Positions 37,926 to 48,840 of a DNA stretch of 64,000 nt are shown here, piece after piece. The notes beneath the pieces are model-generated. The model did no database searches. It worked only from the letters and a program-made list of their open reading frames with translations, and had not been told where the DNA came from. The stretch is from Alphaproteobacteria bacterium (GTDB lineage: Bacteria; Pseudomonadota; Alphaproteobacteria; CAAHEQ01; UBA3637): NCBI GenBank assembly GCA_017539265.1, contig JAFYHG010000027.1, positions 13,886 to 77,885 on the forward strand. The letters are read 5' to 3'. Every line of letters begins with the position of its first letter. Positions within the stretch are counted from its first letter, which is position 1. The position numbers were made by a program, and so were the translations under genes.

Positions 37926-38798
37926 TTAAGGTAAATATTGATTCGGATTCACAACTTTTGCTTTATATCGGATTTCAAAATGGAGCTGCGGTGTTTTTAC
38001 GCCACCCGTACTCCCCATTTCGGCGATTTGTTGCCCTTTCTTAACGATAGCGCCTTTCTTTACCAATAATTTGCGGTTATGAGCATAAGCCGTAATCCAT
38101 CCGTCTTTATGTTTAATCAAGACCAGATTTCCGTACCCTTTTAACTCATTACCGGCATACGCCACCGTTCCACCGTCTGCTGCTTTAACGGGGGTTCCGG
38201 CTTTCCCCGCGATATTGATACCATCGTTATTGCTACCAAAGGGCGATACCACTTTTCCCGAGACCGGCCAAGCAAATCGTTTTCCGGCCTGAGCCTTGGG
38301 CACATTGGCTTTTCCTTTAAAGGCTGTCGGATTTTTCACATTTTTACGTTGATTGATCTCAGCCTGCCTGTCCGCCACAACCGAACCGGTAGCAATCGGC
38401 TTAGCAACAGACGGACTGGGCGCAGAGGCCACTTGCTTTTCTTCCTCCGCCCAAGAAGAAATTTTAAGGACATCTCCCCGATGGATGGTATAAGGAGCAC
38501 TGATATTATTGATTTTTGCCAAAGAGCTTACCGTCATCCCGTGCCGTGTCGCGATACTGTAAAGTGTATCGCCCGTCCGCACCCGATATGTTTTTTGCCT
38601 CGGCAACACCAAATATTGCCCGATAGAAAGGATGTAGGGCGGTTTTAGGTCATTTTCTTCAATAATTGCCCGCATGGGAACATCATGTCGCTTGGAAATA
38701 CTGTAAAGCGTATCTCCTTTACGCACCCGAACACCATTGCATGCCCCCAACAAAATGAAGGCCAAAACAATAATCCAAATCCGAAAATTTACCCGCAT
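37926..38798 (-). CDS. LysM (x2) + M23 peptidase (NlpD-like).
   Basis: Two DTLYSI LysM cores. M23 motifs (GIDIAG, HLHFEIR-like QLHFEIRY). Confidence 0.8.
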   Translation of the reverse strand: MRVNFRIWIIVLAFILLGACNGVRVRKGDTLYSISKRHDVPMRAIIEENDLKPPYILSIGQYLVLPRQKTYRVRTGDTLYSIATRHGMTVSSLAKINNISAPYTIHRGDVLKISSWAEEEKQVASAPSPSVAKPIATGSVVADRQAEINQRKNVKNPTAFKGKANVPKAQAGKRFAWPVSGKVVSPFGSNNDGINIAGKAGTPVKAADGGTVAYAGNELKGYGNLVLIKHKDGWITAYAHNRKLLVKKGAIVKKGQQIAEMGSTGGVKTPQLHFEIRYKAKVVNPNQYLP

Positions 38799-38901
38799 AA
38801 ATCTGGCATACCTTTTTTTGAATAAAAAATCAAGTAAAAAACTTTTAAAAAAAAGTTGCTTTCTAAAAAAAACCGTGTTATGTTATCTTATATTCAATTG
38901 A

Positions 38902-39396
38902 ATGGGGTTTAACATGAAGCGCTTTTTAACATTGATTTTATTGGGATGTATGGCTGCTGCCTGCTCATCCGAGATTGACGAAAACCGCGAAACACGAAAC
39001 ACCGTGTATAAAGGACAATCCACCTGGGATATGTATGAAAACTTTGGTGCACCTAATTACGCTATCCGCATATCGCCCGAAGAAGTTCACTTCGTCTATC
39101 GCCGTGAGGAAGTAACACGGGATTGGACAAAGATGTATTTTGACTGGTGTGATAAGGTTTTTGTTTCCGTAAATGATTACATAACGGATTGGGATTTATC
39201 CGGTAATCAATGCTATTTGAATGTGGCGGATGACGTCCCCGTTCCCGATGAAGAAAATCCGCGCAAGAACGTTTTTGAACGGTATCGGGATCAGATGAAC
39301 TTGGCACCCGAAGATACGTATTATTTCCACCCTGCCAACGCCGGCAACGGTTCCGAGAATGAATACGTTCCCGAAGATGATGATTCTTGGTTTTAG
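38902..39396 (+). CDS. Lipoprotein, hypothetical.
   Basis: Lipobox LLGCMAAAC. Confidence 0.55.
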   Translation: MGFNMKRFLTLILLGCMAAACSSEIDENRETRNTVYKGQSTWDMYENFGAPNYAIRISPEEVHFVYRREEVTRDWTKMYFDWCDKVFVSVNDYITDWDLSGNQCYLNVADDVPVPDEENPRKNVFERYRDQMNLAPEDTYYFHPANAGNGSENEYVPEDDDSWF

Positions 39397-39423
39397 TTTT
39401 TAACTCTTAAAAGAAGAACAATT

Positions 39424-39454
39424 TAAAAGCCCTGTCGGATTGACAGGGCTTTTG
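39424..39454. terminator. Bidirectional terminator hairpin (AGCCCTGTC GGATT GACAGGGCT) between the lipoprotein gene and rplS.
   Basis: 9-bp perfect stem with A-run and T-run flanks. Confidence 0.6.
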
Positions 39455-39468
39455 ATATCTGGAAAAAT

Positions 39469-39837
39469 TTATTCTTCCGCGATATTTTCTTTATCTTCCG
39501 TAATACGGGCTTTCTTACCGAAGAGGTTACGCAGGTAATACAGTTTGCTGCGACGCACTTTACCGCGACGCACCACTTCAATCGAAGCCACATTCGGGGA
39601 ATACAGCGGGAATACACGTTCCACACCTTCACCGAACGAAATCTTACGCACCGTGAAAGAAGAATTCAAACCGTTGTTGGAACGGGCAATACACACACCT
39701 TCATAGGCCTGTAACCGTTCGCCTTTATCTTCAACGATTTTATACATAACTTTTACGGTATCACCGGCTTTGAAATCCGGAACTTTTTTGTTCAGTTTCG
39801 CCAGTTGTTCATTTTCCAATTCTTGAATAATATCCAT
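39469..39837 (-). CDS. rplS: Ribosomal protein L19.
   Basis: Conserved gene order and sequence ([13 protein letters not shown] ...). Confidence 0.9.
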   Translation of the reverse strand: MDIIQELENEQLAKLNKKVPDFKAGDTVKVMYKIVEDKGERLQAYEGVCIARSNNGLNSSFTVRKISFGEGVERVFPLYSPNVASIEVVRRGKVRRSKLYYLRNLFGKKARITEDKENIAEE

Positions 39838-39851
39838 TTTTTATTCCTTTC

Positions 39852-40541
39852 TTATTGTTGGTTTGCCAGATATTTAGTCCACAAGTCTGGTCTTCTTGTT
39901 TTGGTTAAAATTTGTGATTGTTCCAAACGCCATTTTCGGATGTTTTCATGATGACCGGATAATAAAACCTCCGGCACAGAAATTCCTTCCCAATTTTGAG
40001 GTTTCGTGTATTGCGGATATTCCAATAAATTATTCGCAAAACTTTCCTCAACCGCGGAATCGGAATTACCCATCACGGACGGAAGAAGTCTGATCATGGC
40101 ATCTAACATCGCAATCAAAGCCGGTTCCCCGCCCGACAGGACAAAGTCGCCGATACTTATTTCTTGAATATACCATTTTTGAATAACCCTTTCGTCAATG
40201 CCTTCAAATCGCCCACACAGAAAAGTCATCTCGCTATCCGTATCGGCCCATTTTTTTGCCGTTTCTTGAGAGAACACTTCCCCCCGCGGCGACAAATAGT
40301 ATATAGGCCCTGTTTGATAGACCGATTTAATGGCAGCATCCAATACTTCGCGTTTCATCACCATACCGGCACCACCGCCGAAAGGTGTATCATCAACGGA
40401 TTTATAATTATCTGTTGCGAAATCCCGAATATTGACCACATTCAAAACCACTTTTCGATCCGCCAACGCTTTACCCGCCAGCGAATAACCAAGGCATCCC
40501 GGAAACATTTCCGGATAGAGGGTTAAGATATTAATCTTCAT
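39852..40541 (-). CDS. trmD: tRNA (m1G37) methyltransferase TrmD.
   Basis: Start set at MKINILTLYPEMF preceded by GGAGG. The upstream ORF extension is not supported. Confidence 0.85.
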   Translation of the reverse strand: MKINILTLYPEMFPGCLGYSLAGKALADRKVVLNVVNIRDFATDNYKSVDDTPFGGGAGMVMKREVLDAAIKSVYQTGPIYYLSPRGEVFSQETAKKWADTDSEMTFLCGRFEGIDERVIQKWYIQEISIGDFVLSGGEPALIAMLDAMIRLLPSVMGNSDSAVEESFANNLLEYPQYTKPQNWEGISVPEVLLSGHHENIRKWRLEQSQILTKTRRPDLWTKYLANQQ

Positions 40542-41037
40542 GTGCGACCTCCATACCTTTGGGCACCACGATATCCATTTCGCGGGCAGACACATCCACA
40601 CGCGGAAAGGTTGCCTTGGAAAAATCGAATGAAAAAGTTCTGCCTTTTTCCGTCTTAATTTCCAAAATATCGCCGGCACCATAGTTTTGAACATTTTCCA
40701 CCACACCGAATTTTTGGCCGTTTTCCAGAACAGTCATCCCGATTAAATCGCAATAATAAAATCCGTTGTTATCCTCGGGTAATTGATTGCGTTCAATATA
40801 AAGATAAGTTCCTTTTAATTTTTCGGCCGTGGTTCTGTCTGTAATACCTTTGATAAAGGCCAGCACAAAATCACCTTTTCGGCTTTGTGGTTTCACATTA
40901 AACGATTGATGACCGTCCCTGTCCGATAACGGGCCAAAATGACCAATATCCATCGGACTTGTAAGGAAGGGCCGAATTTTGACCATTCCCTTTATTCCAT
41001 GGACATTAACGATTTGACCGATACAGACTTTGGACAT
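40531..41037 (-). CDS. rimM: 16S rRNA processing protein RimM.
   Basis: Position between rpsP and trmD. PRC-barrel-like sequence. Confidence 0.8.
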   Translation of the reverse strand: MSKVCIGQIVNVHGIKGMVKIRPFLTSPMDIGHFGPLSDRDGHQSFNVKPQSRKGDFVLAFIKGITDRTTAEKLKGTYLYIERNQLPEDNNGFYYCDLIGMTVLENGQKFGVVENVQNYGAGDILEIKTEKGRTFSFDFSKATFPRVDVSAREMDIVVPKGMEVAHED

Positions 41038-41053
41038 ATCAGGCTTCCTTCAC

Positions 41054-41506
41054 TTATTCGGCAGAAGGTGCGGCTTCAGCCGGTTGTGTTTCGGGTTGAG
41101 CCTCAGCCGGTTGCGCAGCGGCAGCAGCAGCTTCCGCTTCGGCAGCCTTACGGGCTTCTTCTTCGGCGGCGGCCTTTTCAGCAGCTTCCTTCATCCGTTC
41201 TTGAGCCTTAGCCTTCGGAGCAGACTTTTTCGGTGTTTCCTTAATTGCCGGCTTTTCACACAGGCCCACCAAAGAGAACAGTTTTTGAACTTTCTCTGTG
41301 GGTTGAGCACCTTGGGCTAACCACTTTTTGGCTGATTCAACATTGACGCGTAATGCTTCGGCATGATCCTTCGGCAACAGCGGATTATAAAAGCCGATGG
41401 CTTCAATAAACCGACCGTCACGGGAACATCTTTGATCCGCGACAACAATTTTGTGGAACGGGCGCTTTTTAGCCCCACCCCGACTTAAACGAATACGAAC
41501 TGACAT
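41054..41506 (-). CDS. rpsP: Ribosomal protein S16 with an Ala/Glu-rich C-terminal extension.
   Basis: [24 protein letters not shown]. The tail is [42 protein letters not shown]. Confidence 0.85.
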   Translation of the reverse strand: MSVRIRLSRGGAKKRPFHKIVVADQRCSRDGRFIEAIGFYNPLLPKDHAEALRVNVESAKKWLAQGAQPTEKVQKLFSLVGLCEKPAIKETPKKSAPKAKAQERMKEAAEKAAAEEEARKAAEAEAAAAAAQPAEAQPETQPAEAAPSAE

Positions 41507-41542
41507 CTTTTTACTTTTTCCTTTCTGTTTCAGTTGTTCTGG

Positions 41543-42931
41543 TTAAAACGGAGGAAATCCCCCGCCATTCATAAACGGGTTACCGCCAGACATCATGCCA
41601 TCCATTTTTTTCATCATGGACATCATGCCAAGCGGCCCCATTTTTTTGAATTTCTTCATTACATCGGCCATTTGCTCATACTGCTTTAACAGCCGATTAA
41701 CATCATTGACGGACACACCGGCACCACCCGCGATACGTTGCTTACGGGCAGCCTTTATCACATCCGGATTTTTCCGTTCATAAGGCGTCATGGATAAAAT
41801 AATAGCCTCTTGATGCTTAATCATTTTGTTGTTAACACCCGAGGCTTCTATTTGTGCCGAAAATTTACTAAATCCCGGAATCATTTTCATAATTCCTTTG
41901 ATATCGCCCAATTTATTGATTTGTTGCATTTGGGAGAGCATATCATTCAGATCGAACCGACCACTCATCATCCGATCGGCAACTTTTTGGGCTTCTTCCT
42001 GATTGACTTTCTCAATCGCCGTTTCCACCAAACCAACGACATCGCCCATACCCAAGATGCGCCCGGCGATACGCTTCGCATCAAAAAGTTCCAAAGCATC
42101 CGCTTTTTCACCGACACCCAAAAATTGAATAGGTACCCCCGTGACGGCCCGCATGGATAAGGCCGCCCCGCCGCGGGAATCCCCGTCCACCCGTGTTAAG
42201 ATTGAACCCGTAACCCCAATTTTATCTTTAAAAGCTTCAGCCATCTGAACGGCATCTTGCCCCATCAGGGCATCCGCCACCAATAAGATTTCGGCCGGAT
42301 TTGTTAAGTCCCGAACGGCAGCCACTTCCGCCATCATTTCTTCATCAATGTGCAAACGTCCCGCCGTATCCAAAATCAAGACATCAGCCAACGTTCTTTG
42401 GGCTTCTGCAAGGGCTCTTTTGGTAATTTGAATCGGATTTTCACTTTTTACAATCGGCAAGACGGTTAAATCGTTGGCCACGCCCAATTCAGATAATTGC
42501 TCTTGTGCCGCCGGCCGGTAGGTATCCAAACTTGCCAGTAAAACCTTTTTACCTTCTTTTTGCAGGCGTTTTGCCAATTTAGCCGAAGATGTTGTTTTTC
42601 CCGATCCCTGCAGACCCACCATCAAAATCACATTTTGGCGTTTGGGTTCAATATTCAGAGGTTTTGATTCGCCCAACAAATCCACCAAAGCGTCATTGAC
42701 GATTTTTACCACCATTTGTGCCGGCGAAACGGACTTTACAATTTGTTCCCCGATGGCTTTTTCCCGAACAGAGGCGATAAAATCCTTTACGACCGGCAAA
42801 GCCACATCGGCTTCAATCAAGGCAATTTTAATTTCCCGCATGGTTTCATCAACGGCTGATTCGGTTAAAATACCCCGCCGCGTTAATTTATCAAAGACAG
42901 CACTTAATTTTTCTGCCAAACCTGAAAACAT
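41543..42931 (-). CDS. ffh: Signal recognition particle protein Ffh.
   Basis: NG domain (GLQGSGKTT) and Met-rich M domain. Confidence 0.9.
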   Translation of the reverse strand: MFSGLAEKLSAVFDKLTRRGILTESAVDETMREIKIALIEADVALPVVKDFIASVREKAIGEQIVKSVSPAQMVVKIVNDALVDLLGESKPLNIEPKRQNVILMVGLQGSGKTTSSAKLAKRLQKEGKKVLLASLDTYRPAAQEQLSELGVANDLTVLPIVKSENPIQITKRALAEAQRTLADVLILDTAGRLHIDEEMMAEVAAVRDLTNPAEILLVADALMGQDAVQMAEAFKDKIGVTGSILTRVDGDSRGGAALSMRAVTGVPIQFLGVGEKADALELFDAKRIAGRILGMGDVVGLVETAIEKVNQEEAQKVADRMMSGRFDLNDMLSQMQQINKLGDIKGIMKMIPGFSKFSAQIEASGVNNKMIKHQEAIILSMTPYERKNPDVIKAARKQRIAGGAGVSVNDVNRLLKQYEQMADVMKKFKKMGPLGMMSMMKKMDGMMSGGNPFMNGGGFPPF

Positions 42932-43457
42932 GCGTTTAATCCTTTCATTCTGCCCAAATAGTCTAAGCGCACCAATGGATGCACCCGCATCGATTGATGT
43001 ATCTCCTTAGAGACTAAAATCCTTAGCCATATTTGGAAATTGGCGCCATTATACCAAACCTAAATCCAAAAGTCAAGAAGTTTTTTCTTGATTTTTTAAG
43101 GTCAAAAACAAAAGAGTCATAATTGTCTTTTTAGGTCTGTCAATAAAAGATGATTATTTTTCGACATCCCTTATATTTAGGGCATCCTAACGGTTTAAAT
43201 TGACAAAATTTCATTTTAAGATATAATGAAGATATGAAAGGAAAATAAGATGAACTATCCTGATTGTTTACTTTATGTTAAAAAACCGGAAACGGAAAAA
43301 ACGCAAGAGAAACCATCCGAAACCCCGCGGAAAGTTACTTCTTGGCGGAGTCGGGTTAAGACAAACCCGAAACAGGCCACACGAAACGAACAAAAAACGC
43401 GCGAAGCCTAATTTTAACCGTTAAAAATTTTATCAAGTCAAAACGGGAAATGACCGT

Positions 43458-44432
43458 TTAGGCCACATTGTCCCGATACACGGCCCAAGTTGTCCGGATA
43501 ATGTTATCCAGATCACTACATTCCGCGCGCCATCCCAAAACTTTTAGGGCCTTATCCGCCGTCGATACCACAGTGGCCGGATCACCAGCGCGCCGCGGAG
43601 CAAAATTATGCGCAACAGGGCGACCGATTACTTCCTCTGTCTTTTTGACCATTTCCTGAACGGACAGGCCTTTCCCCGTGCCAAGGTTAATAATCTCACT
43701 GCTGCCGCCTTGGATTAAGTATTCCAAGGCTTTCCTGTGTGCCACGGCCAAATCCGTCACATGGATATAATCCCGAATGCATGTTCCGTCCGGCGTATCG
43801 TAATCGTTACCATAGATATCCAAAACCGGCCTCTTACCGCAAGCCACTTCCATAACAATCGGCAACAGATTTTGGGGATTGATTTCCAATCCTTTAATAT
43901 CACCGGCAGCATCATAACCTACAGCGTTAAAATAGCGCAGCGCCACAAATTTAATCCCCTTCAAATCATCATACCATTTTAAGAGTCTTTCCGTTTCCAA
44001 TTTTGTAAATCCGTAAAAGCTCATCGGATTGACGGGGTGTTTTTCATCCAGCGGCAAATAAGTCGGTGTACCGTAGACCGCCGCCGAAGAGGAGAAAATA
44101 AACTTATTTACCCCGCATTCAAGCATAGTGTTAAGTACATTCACCGCACCGATCAGATTTGTATCAGCATATTTTGCCGGATTTTCCATAGATTCGCCCA
44201 CGGCTTTCTTTCCCGCCAAAGAGATGATGCCGTCCACATTGCGGCTCATCGCATCCTTTAAAGCCTCTTTATCCAAGATAGAAGCCTGAACAAAATCGGC
44301 CGCCGGAAATAAGTTAATCTTTTGACCGGTAGACAAATCATCAAAAACCGTTACTTTAATATTGTTTTGTAATAATTCCTTTACTACGTGCGATCCGATA
44401 TAGCCCGCACCGCCAATAACCAAAATATGCAT
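43458..44432 (-). CDS. galE: UDP-glucose 4-epimerase.
   Basis: MHILVIGGAGYIGSH start after an AAGGAGAG RBS. YxxxK catalytic motif context. Confidence 0.8.
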   Translation of the reverse strand: MHILVIGGAGYIGSHVVKELLQNNIKVTVFDDLSTGQKINLFPAADFVQASILDKEALKDAMSRNVDGIISLAGKKAVGESMENPAKYADTNLIGAVNVLNTMLECGVNKFIFSSSAAVYGTPTYLPLDEKHPVNPMSFYGFTKLETERLLKWYDDLKGIKFVALRYFNAVGYDAAGDIKGLEINPQNLLPIVMEVACGKRPVLDIYGNDYDTPDGTCIRDYIHVTDLAVAHRKALEYLIQGGSSEIINLGTGKGLSVQEMVKKTEEVIGRPVAHNFAPRRAGDPATVVSTADKALKVLGWRAECSDLDNIIRTTWAVYRDNVA

Positions 44433-44523
44433 TTTCTCTCTCCTTTCTTTTGGAAACACAGGTTCATAGTATCCCATTTTTTTTCAAAAATCTATCTTTT
44501 TTTAAAAGGAAGGCGATAATTTA

Positions 44524-45876
44524 TTATTCCATATTTTTTTTCCCTTTTTGATATATATACAGGGGCGTTCTATCCGCATTACTATCCCGTTCGCGTAACA
44601 GTTTCAAAAGCCCATCGGCCTTTTGCCGTCGTTCGGGCGATTTGTCTTTTTGGGCAAAGGCGCGTGTCAAAAGCCCGCCTTTGGTTTTATCAAAATCTTG
44701 CATTTTCTGTTGGATTTTTGTCCATTCGGCATCCAAGTCAACCCCTTTAGCCTCGGTACAAAGGGCATCCATACGTTCCTTTGTTTTTTTCATCCACATT
44801 TCGTATGTTTCCCGAAAAGCGGGCGTCCACATATAGCCGCTCATTTCCATGGTCTGTTCCATCCAACCGGTAACATCCCACGGATTTTTAAGCCAATCTA
44901 CATAGTCTGCGTCAATCTTTGTGCCCCAAACCGAATGGATACTCTTATCACTTTTGCGTTGGAATTGATGCATTCTAGTGGTACCAAAGGGGGTAGCATA
45001 ACCCCGACTTGAAATAACCTCATAGTTATCGGAATGCAATAAAATATCAGAATACATCATAAAATCATACGTTTTGGCGATAACATCTTCGCGGGCAAAA
45101 TCATATCGGTGATGCAGTTCCTCATCTGCAGAATAACAATAACACCCCAGTTTCTTTCCCAATTCATAGACAGCCTTTGCACCCTCCTCAGTACCTTCAT
45201 TAAACCTAAAACCGCTTGAATTTGCGATGAAGCCCTTCTCTTTCAGATGGTGGCTTAACAATACTTTCTTTAGCGTCGCCATAATTAGGGCATCTGATGA
45301 GTGAACAAATTGGTTTTGGGTCAACTCTCTATCTTTCCCGATGGATAATGTACCTTGATACCTCTCACCATACTCAGCGACCAGAATATCCTTAAATATC
45401 TGCTTTTTTTCTTCCGCGGTATAGCCACTCGCTTTATAGTAGGTAATGTTGCCTTCTGTTTGACTTAATGCCCCGTTCAATTTTTCAGAATCCGTGGTCG
45501 AGATAAATATGTGTGTATCCTTTGGCAGCTTTAAATTCCGCCCAGGTGTTGTTTCAAAAAAAGTATCATGCGAACTCATCCCCATGGGCTTACCATTTTC
45601 ATCCATCGTATCTTTTAATGGTGCCACAACCATAATACCTTTTTCGGCCCAATTGGCTCCCCCGACCACAGCATCAACATGATGCCCAATTGTAAAGTGA
45701 ATCGTATTGCGGGGATGCAGGCAATCCGTAGCATTGGCCGTACTTTTAATCTCCAATCTATCGCCAACCTTTTTGGGCATATAATCGGTTATGTGGACAA
45801 GCGCCAACTTTTCCGGACGAATAATTCCATTTTCATCGAAATTACTTAAGTTTTTCAAATCAACCGCATCAGCCAT
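44524..45876 (-). CDS. Hypothetical protein (450 aa).
   Basis: ORF only. Confidence 0.45.
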   Translation of the reverse strand: MADAVDLKNLSNFDENGIIRPEKLALVHITDYMPKKVGDRLEIKSTANATDCLHPRNTIHFTIGHHVDAVVGGANWAEKGIMVVAPLKDTMDENGKPMGMSSHDTFFETTPGRNLKLPKDTHIFISTTDSEKLNGALSQTEGNITYYKASGYTAEEKKQIFKDILVAEYGERYQGTLSIGKDRELTQNQFVHSSDALIMATLKKVLLSHHLKEKGFIANSSGFRFNEGTEEGAKAVYELGKKLGCYCYSADEELHHRYDFAREDVIAKTYDFMMYSDILLHSDNYEVISSRGYATPFGTTRMHQFQRKSDKSIHSVWGTKIDADYVDWLKNPWDVTGWMEQTMEMSGYMWTPAFRETYEMWMKKTKERMDALCTEAKGVDLDAEWTKIQQKMQDFDKTKGGLLTRAFAQKDKSPERRQKADGLLKLLRERDSNADRTPLYIYQKGKKNME

Positions 45877-45996
45877 AGAAACCTCCCATCCTTTAGTATA
45901 ACATATTTTCCGCCCCTGTCAAGCGGGATAAAAAAGCACCCCATACGGAGTGCTTTTTTTAATAAATAACTGTGCAACACACAATCTAACAAGTGG

Positions 45997-46617
45997 TTAG
46001 AATGTATATCTTAAACCCAAAGAGACTTTGTGATTTTTGAAATTAACTTTTATGTCATCCTTTTTAACTTTTCCTAAATCTTCATATCTGTATCCCAAAG
46101 TTAAATCAAGGTTGTCGTTCAGCTCATAGGCAGCGCCTAAACCAACATTCCAACCCAAATCTTTGTCTTTGACAGTGTCTTTATGGCCGAGTTGATTGAC
46201 TGACATTCCCAACCAACTATAACCAATACCAGCACCAATATAGGGTTTTACTTTCTTTAATTTTTCACACATAGGAATATCCCAATAACCGTTTAAGAAA
46301 ACACCCTTTGATTTAAATTCTATTGGAATTTCGAGAGTAAAGATGCCAGGTTCACCTACGGTAAGGTCAGCTTCTGCTTTATCGTTGTAATAACCTTCTA
46401 AGCCAATCCTGAACTGGTCTAGTTTAGCGCCCACTTCAAGCCCCCCCCCTTGAAACAAGTTGTCATGCACTTTTTGGGAAAGGTCACCATCTGTGTCTTG
46501 AACCTTCAATCTCATAAAGTTTTCACTGATTCTACCCTCAATGTAGGGTTTTACTTCAAAGGCAGACGCGGAAGTTGCAATTAAGCACACAGCCGATAAC
46601 AATAATAATTTTTTCAT
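45997..46617 (-). CDS. Small outer-membrane beta-barrel protein (OmpA/OmpW-like barrel).
   Basis: Signal peptide. Amphipathic strands. C-terminal LGLRYTF. Confidence 0.7.
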   Translation of the reverse strand: MKKLLLLSAVCLIATSASAFEVKPYIEGRISENFMRLKVQDTDGDLSQKVHDNLFQGGGLEVGAKLDQFRIGLEGYYNDKAEADLTVGEPGIFTLEIPIEFKSKGVFLNGYWDIPMCEKLKKVKPYIGAGIGYSWLGMSVNQLGHKDTVKDKDLGWNVGLGAAYELNDNLDLTLGYRYEDLGKVKKDDIKVNFKNHKVSLGLRYTF

Positions 46618-46926
46618 ATAAATCCCCTTTCTTTTGGTTAAATTAATGGAACTGATTGCCCCATAATTTGAAACTTAACATATTCCCTTATGGATTGCAA
46701 TGGCTTTTCAGACAATATTAAAATTTTTTCTTTTTATGGCGGCCGATAAATACCAATCCACAGATTATGACTATAACACAAAAAACAGCTTCTATAATGC
46801 CCCAAAGCAACTTAAAAAACAAATTTATGTTTTCATCATCGTTATGCTTATTACATTTGTTCATTATCAGATCCTTTGTGAGCATATTCTGGGATATACT
46901 GCCTTTGGAATTGGTGTCCCATTTAT

Positions 46927-47430
46927 TTATTGCCGCACCCGTGCTGAGTCTGTTTGTTTATTCAATTGAGTCAACCGTGCGCTTAAGATTTTTCGTGGAA
47001 CCCTTGGGAATTGATGACGTTTTTTCCATTCTGTCAGATACTTTTTAGCCTTTTCTCCATCCAATCTTTCCCCGTTTTTATAGACATATTTTGTATCTAA
47101 CCGACCGTCTTCACGATATGATATATACGGGCCGTCTTTTTGCCCATTTTTATAAAAGCACTTTTCGCCTAACTGACCATTTTCATAATATGTTATATAC
47201 AAGCCATTTTTTTGCCCATCTTGATAGGCACACTTTTTCCACAATCGACCATTTTCGCAATAATATTCCCATACCCCCTCTTCTTTTCCGTCCGCATAGG
47301 TTCCTTTTTCACATAGCCTGCCACTCGGGTAATAGCCTTCATAATCCCCTTGTTTAACACCATTTTTATCAACAACATAGACAGCCTTAATTATTTTGCC
47401 ATCGGCGTGATATTCAATTTTTGCTTTCAT
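46927..47430 (-). CDS. MORN/YwqK-type repeat protein.
   Basis: Repeated G..EG.W.YYYENG.L ... G..DG pattern. Confidence 0.65.
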   Translation of the reverse strand: MKAKIEYHADGKIIKAVYVVDKNGVKQGDYEGYYPSGRLCEKGTYADGKEEGVWEYYCENGRLWKKCAYQDGQKNGLYITYYENGQLGEKCFYKNGQKDGPYISYREDGRLDTKYVYKNGERLDGEKAKKYLTEWKKRHQFPRVPRKILSARLTQLNKQTDSARVRQ

Positions 47431-47671
47431 AAGGAACCTCCTTGCCTATAAATACCCATGATTGTTGTATCATGGATTATATTTTTCGTCAAGCGACTTT
47501 GCAAAATAGTTGCATTTTTTATAAAATGGTGAGGGGTATCTTGCCGAACGCGAGCTAAATTTGCTAATTTTAATTCAAAATGGTAGTATTATGAATTAGT
47601 ATTTTCAAAACTTGATTTTTGTTGCATGCTATGATATAAATTAGAACAGTTGCAAGAAAAGGAGAACAAAT

Positions 47672-47977
47672 ATGAAGCAGATTATTACAGAAATTTTAAA
47701 AGAGATATCAATATTTATTTTATCTGTGATTATTTCTTCAATATTTCTTCTATGTGCCCAAATCATCCTTGGTATCTTTGGGGAATTAGGAATGTTGAAT
47801 TTCTTGGAATCTTCAGGAAAAACGGGGCAGTTTACGGAAGTCTTTTGTATGGTATCGATAATTTCTTTGGCGCTTTTCCTGGTAATAGGTCTTCCTAATA
47901 AAAAACATAAAATATTTTTCAGAGATATATGTATCATTTGTTTATTTTATTATTTTTATATGTTGGCCTGTACTTAA
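47672..47977 (+). CDS. Small hydrophobic protein (101 aa), hypothetical.
   Basis: ORF with 3 TM-like segments in an AT-rich region. Weak call. Confidence 0.25.
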   Translation: MKQIITEILKEISIFILSVIISSIFLLCAQIILGIFGELGMLNFLESSGKTGQFTEVFCMVSIISLALFLVIGLPNKKHKIFFRDICIICLFYYFYMLACT

Positions 47978-48030
47978 ATCACCTCTAAAAGTTCGAATGT
48001 TTCAGAGGCTACTAAAAAGCACTAAAAATA

Positions 48031-48076
48031 TGAAATGTAATAAAATCAGCTACTTTTGCGATGATGAGTTCGATTG
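48031..48076. repeat. 46-bp direct repeat, copy 1 (TGAAATGTAATAAAATCAGCTACTTTTGCGATGATGAGTTCGATTG).
   Basis: 45/46 identical to 49716-49761. Confidence 0.85.
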
Positions 48077-48106
48077 TTGGCAAAAATTCGGGTTGTAATT
48101 AAAATT

Positions 48107-48763
48107 TTAGTCTCTGCCTGAATTAGCATTAGGGGAATCAAAAGAGCGAAATAGGGTCTTTTTTTGAACACCATCAATTGTTTTCAAAATATAAAGGTTA
48201 GTATTGGGGTTTAATTTAACAAATTGACCTACCCGTTCATCAATAAATAAAGTCGCACTCGGATCATTGGCCGCATACCCGTCCGGCACCCTATCATATT
48301 CTTGATAATGCGGATAAAATCTTGAGTTAATAAATCCCAGTTGTGGCCAAAACCAACACATGGCCCCAGCGGACATTCCCGCCATTACAACTCCCTTTTC
48401 ATAGGCTTCTTTTAAAACCTCATCAAAACCGAACTGCCTCATTTTAGTCATCATAGTCGGGACATGACCAGGGCCAACATATACTGCATCACTTGAAAGA
48501 ACTTTCTCGCGGATGAGTTCTTTTGAAGGGGCGTTGTCCCGGGTAAGAATAACATCCGTTTGACACCCTAATTCTTCCCCATAACGTTTATGAAATTGAT
48601 TTACAAATTGATTAAAGTTGGCAACCGGATACTCTGGTATTTCAAGGGCCATAGGTAAAAATAAAATCCTTGGTCGTTCCTTATTTAACAGACGAACCAA
48701 AGTTTGGTCTATTTTCTTATCTTCTTGAAAACAACCATCGCTGATTGCATAAATTCTTCTCAT
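48107..48763 (-). CDS. Peptidase S51 family (PepE/cyanophycinase-like).
   Basis: GxSAG nucleophile context (VVMAGMSAGAM). Confidence 0.6.
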   Translation of the reverse strand: MRRIYAISDGCFQEDKKIDQTLVRLLNKERPRILFLPMALEIPEYPVANFNQFVNQFHKRYGEELGCQTDVILTRDNAPSKELIREKVLSSDAVYVGPGHVPTMMTKMRQFGFDEVLKEAYEKGVVMAGMSAGAMCWFWPQLGFINSRFYPHYQEYDRVPDGYAANDPSATLFIDERVGQFVKLNPNTNLYILKTIDGVQKKTLFRSFDSPNANSGRD

Positions 48764-48840
48764 CTAAAATCCTTTCAATAGCCAGAATTATACTTATTAT
48801 AGCATCAAGCAAGTATTTTGTCAATTTAATATATTTAAAA

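Noticed and set aside
39852-40706. 284-aa version of TrmD with a 55-aa N-terminal extension.
   Set aside because: The extension overlaps rimM out of frame and is not TrmD-like. The canonical start MKINILTLYPEMF preceded by GGAGG was used.
47520-47560. TGGTGAGGG(G)TATC ... AACGCGAGCTAAAT segments at 47520 and 48983 that superficially resemble tRNA 3' ends (TGGTGAG).
   Set aside because: No T-arm (GGTTCGAATCC) or cloverleaf can be drawn. Treated as short repeat copies, not tRNA genes.
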